Shown: positions 1 to 9,687 of the stretch, one piece after another
How positions within the stretch are numbered: position 1 is the first letter of the stretch
How the letters are laid out: each line of letters starts with the position of its first letter
Source of the DNA: Candidatus Saganbacteria bacterium
Lineage (GTDB): Bacteria > Margulisbacteria > WOR-1 > JAKLHX01
Reading direction: 5' to 3'
Length of the DNA: 32,000 bases
Assembly: GCA_026387835.1 (NCBI GenBank)
Contig: JAPLKZ010000011.1
Location: 86,135-118,134, forward strand
Notes under the pieces: model-generated
Databases searched by the model: none
What the model was told of the DNA's origin: nothing
What the model saw: the letters and a program-made list of their open reading frames with translations, nothing else
Made by a program: the position numbers and the translations under genes

Positions 1-1073
<1,073 letters not shown>

Positions 1074-1077
<4 letters not shown>

Positions 1078-2279
1078 CCTCTAAGCTCCTTAAATGTTTT
1101 TGTCATGACCGGAAGGATCTCAAGGACGTCCCCGACTATTCCGTATGTTGCGACCCCGAATATAGGGGCGTAAGGGTCTTTGTTGATCGCGACTATGATG
1201 TCGGAAGAGGACATGCCTGCGAGATGCTGTATCGCGCCGGAAATACCGCATGCGATATAAAGTTTGGGGCTTACCGTCTTCCCGGTCTGTCCGACCTGGT
1301 GGAACTGCGATATCCATCCGGCGTCGACAGTGGCGCGCGAAGCTCCGACAGCTCCGCCGATCGTGTCGGCAAGGTCCTGTACCAGCCTGAAATTTTCCGC
1401 ACAGCCGATGCCCCTTCCTCCGGAAACAATTATCTCCGCCTCGGCAAGGTTTACCTTTTGCTCGGTCGATCTTATTATTTCTATAAGTTTTGTTCTTAAG
1501 GCTTTTCGGGAGATCTTCGGCTTAAACTCTATAATCCGGCCTTTTCTGTTCTGATCTTTTGGAAGCTTCTTGAAGACCTTAGGCCGGACGGTAGCCATCT
1601 GCGGCCTGTAATCTGGAGAGATGATCGTTGCCATGATATTTCCGCCGAAAGCAGGGCGTGTTTGTCTAAGGATCTTTTTATCAGGGTCTATATCAAGCCC
1701 CGTGCAGTCCGCGGTGAGGCCGACCCTGATCTGGCCGGCGATACGCGACGCGAGGTCTCTCCCCGTGGTGGTCGCTCCCAAAAGGACGATCTCAGGCTTG
1801 TACATTTTTATCAGGTCCACGATCACTTCGGTGTACGGTTCCGTCAGATAATTTTTTAGCAGCGGGTCGGTCGCCAAATATACTTTGTCGGCGCCGCTTT
1901 CAATGAGGGAGTTCACGGAGTCCTTTATGCTGTCATTTCCGAGAAGTACGGCCGCCACTTCCTCTTTAAGCGTGTGAGCGAGCTTTCTTGCCTCGGCCAA
2001 CAATTCCAGCGCGACTGATTGCACCTGGCCTTCATGCTGTTCGGCAAATATCCAGACCCCTTTAAAGGAAGAAAGGTCCTGCTTTGATGCCGTAACTTTT
2101 TTAGGCTCGATGATGACGGCGTTGAACTTGCAGGGAGCTATGCAGGCGCCGCAGAGCACGCAATTGTCATTTATTACCGCAAGCTTTCCACGCATCTCGA
2201 TCGCGCCGAAAGGACAGGAGGGAATGCATAATTTGCACCCTTTACATTTTTCCGCAATTACTTTAATTCCTTCAGGCAT
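1074..2279 (-). CDS. etfA: Electron transfer flavoprotein alpha subunit with N-terminal 2x[4Fe-4S] ferredoxin domain
   Basis: N-terminus CKGCKLCIPSCP...CVLCGACIAPCKF (two 4Fe-4S motifs), then EtfA motifs GLTADCTGLDID, QTRPAFGGNIMATI, RPQMATVRP and SGGRGIG, and a C-terminal FAD-binding region GISGAIQHLAGM. 4-nt overlap with fabD. Confidence 0.95.
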
Positions 2280-3061
2280 CAGATTATTTTGTGCTCCTTT
2301 AGTTTCTTGAACAGTTTTTCCGAGACTTCCGCGGCTTCTCCCTCGAGGATCTCGCTTTTGCCTCTCGGAGGAGGAGTGAATATTTTTACGACCTGTGTCG
2401 GCGAGCCGTTAAGTCCGATGTTATCCTTGTCCGCGTTTATGTCAACCGCGGTCCATATAATGATCTCAGCTTTTTTTGCCCTCATCTGGCCTTTTAATGA
2501 CGGCATCCTTGGCTCGTTCATCTGTTTAAGTACTGTGACGGCAGCGGGAAGCTGTGTTTCAACAAGTTCTGCCGATTCCTCAAGATGCCTGCGGACCGTT
2601 ATTTTATTTCCTTCAATATCGGTCTTTATAGCAAAGGTTATCTGCGGTATGTCCAAGAATTGCGCCACGCCGGGTCCTACCTGCGCGGTGTCCCCGTCAA
2701 TAGCCTGTTTTCCGAAAAGAATAAGGTCAAAAGCCCCGATCTTCTTTATCGCTTGCGAAAGGGTGTAAGATGTCGCCCAGGTGTCGGCTCCCGCAAAAGC
2801 CCTGTCGCTGATGAGTATCGCATTGTCCGCTCCCATGGCGATAGCGCTTTTTAACGCTTCCGTGGCCTGTGAAGGGCCCATCGTAATGACGGTCACCTTT
2901 CCGCCGTGAATATCCCTGAGCCTGAGGGCTTCTTCTATGGCATTTTCATCAAAAGGGTTCACGATGCTTTTTACCCCTTCGCGTATAAGCGTGTTCGTTT
3001 TGGGATCGATCTTGACGTCATTCGTGTCAGGGACCTGTTTTATGCAGACGATGATGTTCAT
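2279..3061 (-). CDS. etfB: Electron transfer flavoprotein beta subunit
   Basis: MNIIVCIKQVPDT..., SIVNPFDENAIEEAL, DRAFAGADTWATSY, GKQAIDGDTAQVGP and LPAAVTV motifs. Confidence 0.96.
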   Translation of the reverse strand: MNIIVCIKQVPDTNDVKIDPKTNTLIREGVKSIVNPFDENAIEEALRLRDIHGGKVTVITMGPSQATEALKSAIAMGADNAILISDRAFAGADTWATSYTLSQAIKKIGAFDLILFGKQAIDGDTAQVGPGVAQFLDIPQITFAIKTDIEGNKITVRRHLEESAELVETQLPAAVTVLKQMNEPRMPSLKGQMRAKKAEIIIWTAVDINADKDNIGLNGSPTQVVKIFTPPPRGKSEILEGEAAEVSEKLFKKLKEHKII

Positions 3062-3103
3062 GTTTTTTTTCTCTGTCGGCTCCCGATCGGATCGGGGCTT
3101 ACA

Positions 3104-4261
3104 CTATTTCTTTGTGGCTGCTTCCTTGATAAGGGAGAGCGCTATGACGTTTCTCTGTATCTGGTTAGTGCCTTCATAAATTTGAGTTATCTTTGCGTCC
3201 CTCATCATCTTTTCGACGGGATATTCTTTCATATAACCATAGCCGCCGAGCACCTGGACCGCATCGGTCGTCACCCTCATCGCCATATCGCTTGCAAAAA
3301 GCTTTGCCATTGCGGAATCTTTCGAAATATCGTCGGTGCCGGTATCAACTGTCCTGGCAGAAGCATAGACTAGAGCTCTTGCGGCCTCTATCTGTGTAGC
3401 CATATCGGCAAGGATATGCTGTACGGCTTGGATCGCCGAAATAGGCTTGTCAAACTGGATCCTCGTCCTTGAATAATTAACGGCTTCTTCAAACGCACCC
3501 TGGGCTATGCCGACTGCCTGGGCGCCGATGCCGGGCCTAGTCCTGTCAAGAGTTTTCATTGCCACAATAAAACCCATGCCTTCTTTCCCGAGTATCTGGG
3601 ATTTATGGATCTTGCAGTCCTGAAACACCAGCTCCCTTGTCGCGGAACATCTGATACCCATCTTGTTCTCTTTTTTGCCGAAAGTGAAGCCGGGAGTGCC
3701 TTTTTCCAATATGAAAGCTGTCGCGCCGCGGGTCCCTTTTGACTTGTTCGTCATGGCTATAACGGTATATGTTTCCGCTTCACCGCCGTTGGTGATCCAT
3801 TGCTTTGTCCCGTTAAGAATATAGTAATCGCCGTCTTTTTTTGCCGTAGTCTGTAAACCCGCGGCGTCGGAACCGGCATTGGCTTCGGTCAAACCGAAAG
3901 CCGCCAATTTCTTGCCGGATGCGATCGGAGGCAGATATTTTTGTCTTTGTTCCTCAGTCCCGAACATCAATATTGGATAAGCTCCCAGAGCTGAAGCGGC
4001 GAAAGTGACCCCCACTCCTCCGCAAACCCTGCTGATCTCCTCGGTAGCGAGACAGAATTCCATGCACCCTCCTCCAAAACCGCCCAGTTTTTCCGGTATA
4101 TAGAGGCCGCACAGGTCGGCTTCCGCGAATATCTTCATAAGTTCCCAGGGGAACTCGCCGGATTCGTCCAGTTCGGCCCTTACGGGTTTCACCTTCTCCT
4201 GCGAGATCTTCCTGGCAAGGTCCCTTATCATTTTTTGTTCTTCTGTCAGCAGATAATCCAT
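3104..4261 (-). CDS. Acyl-CoA dehydrogenase, butyryl-CoA dehydrogenase-like
   Basis: FGLTEANAGSDAAG, ITNGGEAE, QVLGGYGYMKEYPVEKMMRDAKITQIYEGTNQIQR, including the usual catalytic Glu in YEGT. Confidence 0.95.
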   Translation of the reverse strand: MDYLLTEEQKMIRDLARKISQEKVKPVRAELDESGEFPWELMKIFAEADLCGLYIPEKLGGFGGGCMEFCLATEEISRVCGGVGVTFAASALGAYPILMFGTEEQRQKYLPPIASGKKLAAFGLTEANAGSDAAGLQTTAKKDGDYYILNGTKQWITNGGEAETYTVIAMTNKSKGTRGATAFILEKGTPGFTFGKKENKMGIRCSATRELVFQDCKIHKSQILGKEGMGFIVAMKTLDRTRPGIGAQAVGIAQGAFEEAVNYSRTRIQFDKPISAIQAVQHILADMATQIEAARALVYASARTVDTGTDDISKDSAMAKLFASDMAMRVTTDAVQVLGGYGYMKEYPVEKMMRDAKITQIYEGTNQIQRNVIALSLIKEAATKK

Positions 4262-4300
4262 CTGAATTTCCTCCTTTTGATCTTACATCTTACATTATTA

Positions 4301-4361
4301 ACCCTCACCCGGCCCTCTTTTTTTAATGAAAAGGGGCCACCCGACAGGGTACGGTGAGGGT
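4301..4361. repeat. Imperfect palindromic/hairpin element between the acyl-CoA dehydrogenase gene and fabH
   Basis: Outer arms ACCCTCACC (4301-4309) and GGTGAGGGT (4353-4361) are exact reverse complements. Inner GC-rich segments (CGGCCCTCTTTT.../AAAAGGGGCC) are also complementary. The element abuts the fabH stop codon. Confidence 0.7.
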
Positions 4362-5339
4362 CTATATTTCCCACCTTATGATGTTGGCCCCGGTAGTCAG
4401 CCCGGCGCCGAATCCGACAATAGCAATTATATCATCTTTTTTTATGCGGCCGCTGCGCCGTGCTTCGTCAAGCGCTATCGGGATCGACGCGGCAGAAGTA
4501 TTTCCGTACTTCTGGAGGTTCACGAAGATCCTCTCTTTGGGTATTGACAGCTTTTTTGACGTGTGGTCGATGATCCGGATATTTGCCTGATGAGGGATAA
4601 GAAGGGAAATGTCGTTTATCGAAAGTCCTGCCTCTTCAACGGCCTTCAGAAGCGAAGTCTCAAGAGCTTTTACGGCAAATTTGAAAACTTCCTTGCCGTC
4701 CATGGAGATGCAGCGCTCTTTTTCATTTTTTGGCCTGGGATTCCTGCTTCCACCCCCGGGCATCACAAGATGTCCGGCGCCTATTCCGTCGGCAGAAAGA
4801 TAGTCCGCCAGTATCCCGCGGCCTTTTTCGCAGGATTCAAGCACCACGGCCCCCGCGCCGTCACCAAAAAGCACGCAGGTCCCCCTGTCTGTCCAGTCAA
4901 GATATTTTGCCAGCGTGTCAGTCCCCACGACAAGCGCTTTCTTGTATTTTCCGGAAGAGAAGAACGCGTGCGCGGTAGCAAGGGCATAATTAAACCCTGA
5001 ACAGGCAGCCGAAACGTCAAAAGCGGCCGCGTTCTTTGCCCCGATCTTTCCCTGTATGATGCATCCGACTGACGGGAAAAGAGTGTCGGGGGTAGATGTG
5101 CCTACAATTATAAGGTCAAGTTCCTCGGCAGCAGTGCCCGCCGCTGAAAGGGCCTTTTTAACGGCAGTGAGCGCGAGGTCGGATGACGAGGTCTTTTCAT
5201 CCGTCACCCTTCTTTCTTCAATGCCAGTGCGGGACCTTATCCATTCGTCAGAAGTCTCGACGGTCTTTGAAAGATCGGCATTGGTCAGGATCTTTTCTGG
5301 AAGGGCGGACCCTGTTCCGATGATCTTAGCGCTTTTCAT
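4362..5339 (-). CDS. fabH: 3-oxoacyl-ACP synthase III
   Basis: Catalytic triad contexts DVSAACSGFNYAL (Cys), LIPHQANIRI (His) and GNTSAASI (Asn). Confidence 0.97.
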   Translation of the reverse strand: MKSAKIIGTGSALPEKILTNADLSKTVETSDEWIRSRTGIEERRVTDEKTSSSDLALTAVKKALSAAGTAAEELDLIIVGTSTPDTLFPSVGCIIQGKIGAKNAAAFDVSAACSGFNYALATAHAFFSSGKYKKALVVGTDTLAKYLDWTDRGTCVLFGDGAGAVVLESCEKGRGILADYLSADGIGAGHLVMPGGGSRNPRPKNEKERCISMDGKEVFKFAVKALETSLLKAVEEAGLSINDISLLIPHQANIRIIDHTSKKLSIPKERIFVNLQKYGNTSAASIPIALDEARRSGRIKKDDIIAIVGFGAGLTTGANIIRWEI

Positions 5340-6310
5340 GCGATACCTTTCATAATGCTTTCCACTATATTTTCTTTCACGGCCTCGGCGCAGACCCTTA
5401 TTGCGTTCTTTACGGCTTTTGCCTTTGCTCTGCCGTGGGCCTTAAAAACTATGCCGTTCAACCCGAGAAGAGGGGCCGCGCCATGTTCGTCATAATCTAT
5501 GCGTTTTTTTAAATTGGAAAAAGAAGGCCTGAGAAGCAGAGCTCCGGCGGTTGACATCAGGCTTTTCTTAAGCTCTTCCTTAAGTAGTGTGATAATTATA
5601 TTGCTCGTGCTCTCGCACAGTTTAAGGACGACGTTGCCGACGAACCCGTCGCACACTATTACGTCGGCCTTGCCTGTAAGGATATCGTTCGGTTCGATAT
5701 AACCGGCGAAATTGATGCGGCTTTCTTTAAGCAGCGGGTATGACTCTCGCGTCAATTCATTCCCTTTTTCCAGTTCCGTCCCGATATTTAGCAGCCCCAC
5801 CCTGGGATTTTCGATGTGCATCACGTGTTCGGCATACTGGGCGCCCATCTGGCCGAACTGCTGGAGGTTCTTGGGCTTGCAGTCCACATTTGCTCCCATA
5901 TCAAGAAGCAGCACTTCCCCTCCCTGGACAGTCGGAAATATCGTGGCTATAGCGGGGCGCTCTATCCCTTCGATGCGGCCCAGCTTGAACAAAGACGCGG
6001 CCATCAGCGCACCCGTGTTTCCTGCCGAAATAAAAGCATCCGCCTTTTTATTCTTCACCAGTTCAAGCGCAATATTTATTGAGGAATTCTTTTTCTGTTT
6101 GGCAGCGATAACCGGGGATTCGTTCATGCCGATCACTTCATCTGCATGGACGATCTCGATGTTCTTTGACCTGACAAATGGTGCGACCCTGCGCCTGTCG
6201 CCGACAAGTATAAGGCTAAGCCCGCTTTCTTTTACGGCTTGTTCGGCGCCTTTAACGATCTCTTCGGGCGCGTGGTCACCGCCCATCGCGTCTATTGCGA
6301 TACGGATCAA
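5336..6310 (-). CDS. plsX: Phosphate acyltransferase
   Basis: MIRIAIDAMGGDHAPEEIVKGA..., SAGNTGALMA, and adjacency to rpmF and fabH. ATGA overlap with fabH. Confidence 0.97.
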   Translation of the reverse strand: MIRIAIDAMGGDHAPEEIVKGAEQAVKESGLSLILVGDRRRVAPFVRSKNIEIVHADEVIGMNESPVIAAKQKKNSSINIALELVKNKKADAFISAGNTGALMAASLFKLGRIEGIERPAIATIFPTVQGGEVLLLDMGANVDCKPKNLQQFGQMGAQYAEHVMHIENPRVGLLNIGTELEKGNELTRESYPLLKESRINFAGYIEPNDILTGKADVIVCDGFVGNVVLKLCESTSNIIITLLKEELKKSLMSTAGALLLRPSFSNLKKRIDYDEHGAAPLLGLNGIVFKAHGRAKAKAVKNAIRVCAEAVKENIVESIMKGIA

Positions 6311-6313
6311 GGC

Positions 6314-6520
6314 TTATTTCTCCTTCTTGCCGTCCTTTTTTTCCTTAAGTGGGATCACCTGACGGCCTTGATATGTGCCGCATGACAGACAGGCTCTGTG
6401 AGAGAGGACCGGTTCTCCGCAGGAAGGGCAGGCTCCGAAATTGACCGGTTTTATCCTGAAATTAGCCTTTCTTCTTCTGTTTGTCCTTGTGTTGCTGTGT
6501 CGCTTCTTTGGTACCGGCAT
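6314..6520 (-). CDS. rpmF: 50S ribosomal protein L32
   Basis: MPVPKKRHSNTRTNRRRKAN...CPSCGEPVLSHRACLSCGTY zinc ribbon. Shine-Dalgarno AAAGGAGG lies upstream of the ATG, within the overlapping yceD-like ORF. Confidence 0.95.
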   Translation of the reverse strand: MPVPKKRHSNTRTNRRRKANFRIKPVNFGACPSCGEPVLSHRACLSCGTYQGRQVIPLKEKKDGKKEK

Positions 6521-7022
6521 TGTAAAAGTCCTCCTTTAATTTTGCAAACCTGGGATCTATCTTCTTACTGTTCTCTATGCAACCTTTTATTCCCTTACAA
6601 CCCTTATCACACAGAGTTTTTATCGGGATGCAGGAAATGAGCTCCTGCCTTATGATCTCCCCGATGTCTATCGTGTTATCTTTTTCTATCGGGAAGATAA
6701 AATCATCATCTCCAAGTTCTTTCTCTCCGCCGCGCCCATCTCCATTCTTTGTTGTCTTGCTGAACAGCTCTTCAAAATCGACCGTGATCTGCTGATCGAA
6801 ATCTTTTAGGCATCTGCTGCAGTTGAGTTTTATCTCCGCCAGGATCTTTCCTGTGACGATGACCATTTCCCCCGCATTTAGGAGATGAACACTCAGCTGA
6901 ACTGGCCCGGTTATCTCAAGACCGTCTTCAGGATATGAGACCCGGATCTGTTCTTCTACATCCTGATCGTTGCCGATCTCTTTCAGAAGACCGGTCAGGT
7001 CGATTTTCATTTGTATTTTCAT
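6462..7022 (-). CDS. YceD/DUF177 family protein (large ribosomal RNA subunit accumulation protein-like)
   Basis: LNCSRCLKDFDQQITVDFEELF...DDDFIFPIE...IDIGEIIRQELISCIPIKTLCDKGCKGIKG, a typical DUF177 pattern immediately upstream of rpmF. The start may be the internal Met at 7010. Confidence 0.88.
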   Translation of the reverse strand: MKIQMKIDLTGLLKEIGNDQDVEEQIRVSYPEDGLEITGPVQLSVHLLNAGEMVIVTGKILAEIKLNCSRCLKDFDQQITVDFEELFSKTTKNGDGRGGEKELGDDDFIFPIEKDNTIDIGEIIRQELISCIPIKTLCDKGCKGIKGCIENSKKIDPRFAKLKEDFYNAGTKEATQQHKDKQKKKG

Positions 7023-7061
7023 TATATAGGCTCATATAGCCGGGGGTCAAGGGAGGGGTGG

Positions 7062-7955
7062 TCAACGGGCCCTCGGATGAGTTTTGTCGTAAACAGATTT
7101 TAACCTTTCTTTTGTCACGTGCGTATATATTTGGGTGGTCGAAAGCGATCTGTGCCCGAGAAGTTCCTGTACGGACCTCAGGTCGGCCCCCCTTTCAAGA
7201 AGATGCGTGGCAAAGCTGTGCCTCAATGAATGAGGGGTCACCTTCTTGTCTATCCCGGCTTTTTTCGCGTATTTTTTTATCATGCGTTCGACTGACCTCG
7301 GGGTCAGCCGGCTACCGGAACGGCCGATAAAAAGCGCCCGGTTCTTTACGGTCCCGTTGGCCAGCTTATTCCTCGCATATTTGAGATAATCCCCCAATGC
7401 CGTCAGGGCGGAAGACCCGACCAGGACAATTCGTTCTTTAGAGCCTTTACCGAACACGGTCGTTTCGCCGTCAGATCTGTTAATATCATTCATATTAAGC
7501 CCTGTAAGTTCGCTTACTCTGATCCCTGAAGCGTACAGTATCTCGATCATCGCAAGATCCCTTATGCCGGCGGGTGTCTTTCTGTCGGGCTGCTCAAGCA
7601 GCCGTTCCATCTCTTCGATATACAAAAAATGAGGCAGATTTTTTTGTATCTTGGGTATCGATACTATCTTCCAGGGGTTGGAATGCGCATAGCCTTCTCT
7701 CATAAGGAATTTATAAAAGGACCGGTAGCAGGAGATCTTTCTTGCGACCGATTTTCTGGAAAGACCGTTGTTTTCCATTGCCATGATGAACGTCCTTGCG
7801 AGGAATTTATTGAATTGGTCAAATCCGTCAAGGTTTTGCCCCTTGATAAAAGAAGCGAACTGTCCCAGGTCAAGAGAGTAATTATCGGCAGTGTGACGGG
7901 AAAAGTTCCTTTCCCTTTTGATGTGGTCAATGAACAGGCCGATCTTTTTTAACAT
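7062..7955 (-). CDS. Site-specific tyrosine recombinase, XerC/XerD family
   Basis: Catalytic arrangement IEILYASGIRVSELTGL (R), HSLRHSFATHLLERGADLRSVQELLGHRSLSTTQIYTHV (H-x-x-R, H, Y). About 297 aa, Xer-size. Confidence 0.93.
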   Translation of the reverse strand: MLKKIGLFIDHIKRERNFSRHTADNYSLDLGQFASFIKGQNLDGFDQFNKFLARTFIMAMENNGLSRKSVARKISCYRSFYKFLMREGYAHSNPWKIVSIPKIQKNLPHFLYIEEMERLLEQPDRKTPAGIRDLAMIEILYASGIRVSELTGLNMNDINRSDGETTVFGKGSKERIVLVGSSALTALGDYLKYARNKLANGTVKNRALFIGRSGSRLTPRSVERMIKKYAKKAGIDKKVTPHSLRHSFATHLLERGADLRSVQELLGHRSLSTTQIYTHVTKERLKSVYDKTHPRAR

Positions 7956-7965
7956 CTGCTAGGGT

Positions 7966-8400
7966 TCAAATACCGTACTTTGATCTTATTTCAGGGGTCA
8001 CGGGTGATATCTTGCCGTTTTCTTTGACCCATTCCTCTTTTTCTCCGGGATCCTTGGGCTCTCTGGTGTCTATATGGAGAGTCTTTTCCTGAGGATAGTA
8101 ACCTATGCCTGAGACCTCGGGCAGGCTTTTTGCAAAGGCATAGAGTTCTTTCAGATCGACGCCGTCGATAGAGATATGGGCTGCTTTTCCCAGGCGGTGG
8201 GAGTTCTTCTTTTGCGTGTCGTGTTTCTCGCTGTAGAGTTCGCAGCGGAACGCGTCATGGATGTGCGGGACCTTTCTAAAATGGGCGGCTACGGCTTCAA
8301 GCGCGCCCACAAGACCGAGATGTATCCTGACCTGGCCGCGGCACTCGCCGCAGCGGCAGGAAAAATCCCTGTTGCTGTAATGTTCGCTCAGATTTCCCAC
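7966..8400 (-). CDS. Peptidase M15 (D-Ala-D-Ala carboxypeptidase-like) family protein, possibly with an altered metal ligand
   Basis: YSNRDFSCRCGECRG...SHRLGKAAHISIDG...GIGYYPQEKTLHIDTRE resembles the M15 C-terminal-like SxHxxGxAxD...GxGxYP...HxD layout. Confidence 0.65.
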   Translation of the reverse strand: MGNLSEHYSNRDFSCRCGECRGQVRIHLGLVGALEAVAAHFRKVPHIHDAFRCELYSEKHDTQKKNSHRLGKAAHISIDGVDLKELYAFAKSLPEVSGIGYYPQEKTLHIDTREPKDPGEKEEWVKENGKISPVTPEIRSKYGI

Positions 8401-8419
8401 GCAGATATTTTAGCACCAG

Positions 8420-8448
8420 TTGAGAGTGTTGGCAAATAATGGTAAAAT
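8420..8448 (+). promoter_or_regulatory. Candidate sigma70-type promoter for metK
   Basis: TTGAGA (8420-8425), 17-nt spacer, TAAAAT (8443-8448), 35 nt upstream of the metK start. Confidence 0.45.
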
Positions 8449-8483
8449 TATTTTGTTTGAAAATATTTAAAGGAGAAAAAGTA

Positions 8484-9674
8484 ATGTCAATGAAACATTT
8501 ATTCACGTCTGAATCGGTCACTGAGGGGCATCCTGATAAGATGTGTGACCAGATATCGGATGCGATACTTGACGCGATAATAGAAAAAGACCCGCCCGCA
8601 AGGGTCGCAGTCGAAGCTTTGACGACGAACGGACTTGTGATAGTAGCGGGCGAGGTGACGACCGGCACTTATATAGACATTCCGTCAATAGTCAGGAACA
8701 CTATAAAGGATATCGGTTACGTCAGCAGGGAGATCGGTTTTGATTATGAGACATGCGGGGTAATGGTATCGATCAAAGAACAGTCAAAAGATATAGCAAG
8801 AGGGGTCGATAAGGCGCTCGAGGTCAGGGGCGGGGAGGTCATAAAAGAAGACCTGGAAAATATCGGTGCCGGCGACCAGGGCCTCATGTTCGGCTATGCC
8901 TGCAACGAAACACCGGAGTTGATGCCGCTTCCGATAAGTCTGGCCCAAAAGCTTGCCAAGAAGCTTGCAGATGTGAGGAAAAACAAGGAACTCACGTATT
9001 TAAGGCCGGACGGGAAAACCCAGGTGACCGTGGAATATCAGAACGGAAAACCGGTACGGATAGACAGCGTGCTCATCGCGACACAGCATAATCCTGATGC
9101 CGCGCCGGAAAAGATCAAAGAGGACATGATAAATCATGTAGTAAAAAAGATCATCCCGGCCGGTCTGATCGACAAAGACACAAAATATTATGTCAACCCT
9201 ACCGGAAGGTTTGTGATCGGAGGCCCCCAGGGAGACACGGGGCTCACGGGAAGGAAGATAATAATCGATACTTACGGAGGATACGCGCGTCACGGGGGCG
9301 GCGCATTTTCAGGAAAAGACCCGACAAAAGTCGACAGGTCCGGGAGTTACGCGGTAAGATATGTGGCCAAGAACATTGTTGCTGCAGGGCTGGCCGACAA
9401 GTGCGAGGTCCAGGTCGCTTACGCGATAGGCGTGGCGCGTCCGCTTTCAGTGATGGTGGACACTTTCGGAACGGGGAAAATTGCAGAGGAGAAGATCTCG
9501 CGGCTTGTGAACGAGTATTTTGACCTGAGACCGGGACTGATCATAGGCAATCTTAATTTAAGAAGGCCGCTTTACAGGCAGGTAGCGTCTTACGGGCATT
9601 TCGGAAGACCGGAGCTCGATCTTCCTTGGGAAAATACGGACAAAGCCGAAGTTCTTAAGAAAGCCGCAAAATAA
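8484..9674 (+). CDS. metK: S-adenosylmethionine synthetase
   Basis: [29 protein letters not shown]..., [59 protein letters not shown] place the start at the ATG after AAAGGAG rather than the longer ORF start at 8439. Confidence 0.97.
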   Translation: MSMKHLFTSESVTEGHPDKMCDQISDAILDAIIEKDPPARVAVEALTTNGLVIVAGEVTTGTYIDIPSIVRNTIKDIGYVSREIGFDYETCGVMVSIKEQSKDIARGVDKALEVRGGEVIKEDLENIGAGDQGLMFGYACNETPELMPLPISLAQKLAKKLADVRKNKELTYLRPDGKTQVTVEYQNGKPVRIDSVLIATQHNPDAAPEKIKEDMINHVVKKIIPAGLIDKDTKYYVNPTGRFVIGGPQGDTGLTGRKIIIDTYGGYARHGGGAFSGKDPTKVDRSGSYAVRYVAKNIVAAGLADKCEVQVAYAIGVARPLSVMVDTFGTGKIAEEKISRLVNEYFDLRPGLIIGNLNLRRPLYRQVASYGHFGRPELDLPWENTDKAEVLKKAAK

Positions 9675-9687
9675 AAAGATCCGGTCA

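Noticed and set aside
7021-7045. Promoter-like TTGACC...TATAAT on the minus strand before the DUF177 gene
   Set aside because: The -10 box would overlap the annotated start at 7022, leaving only an almost leaderless start at Met 7010. It could equally be chance within the xer-DUF177 spacer, so I did not list it as a feature.
7062-7955. Tyrosine recombinase as evidence of an integrated mobile element
   Set aside because: It is XerC/D-size and XerC/D-like in motifs, in housekeeping context, with no cargo or att-like flanking repeats. It is most simply a chromosomal dimer-resolution recombinase.
8439-8483. Upstream extension of metK ([15 protein letters not shown])
   Set aside because: It includes the Shine-Dalgarno and the promoter -10 region. 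The conserved MetK N-terminus begins after the ATG at 8484.
8401-8483. SAM riboswitch upstream of metK
   Set aside because: The short AT-rich leader shows none of the conserved helices of known SAM riboswitch classes, and the predicted leader is too short.
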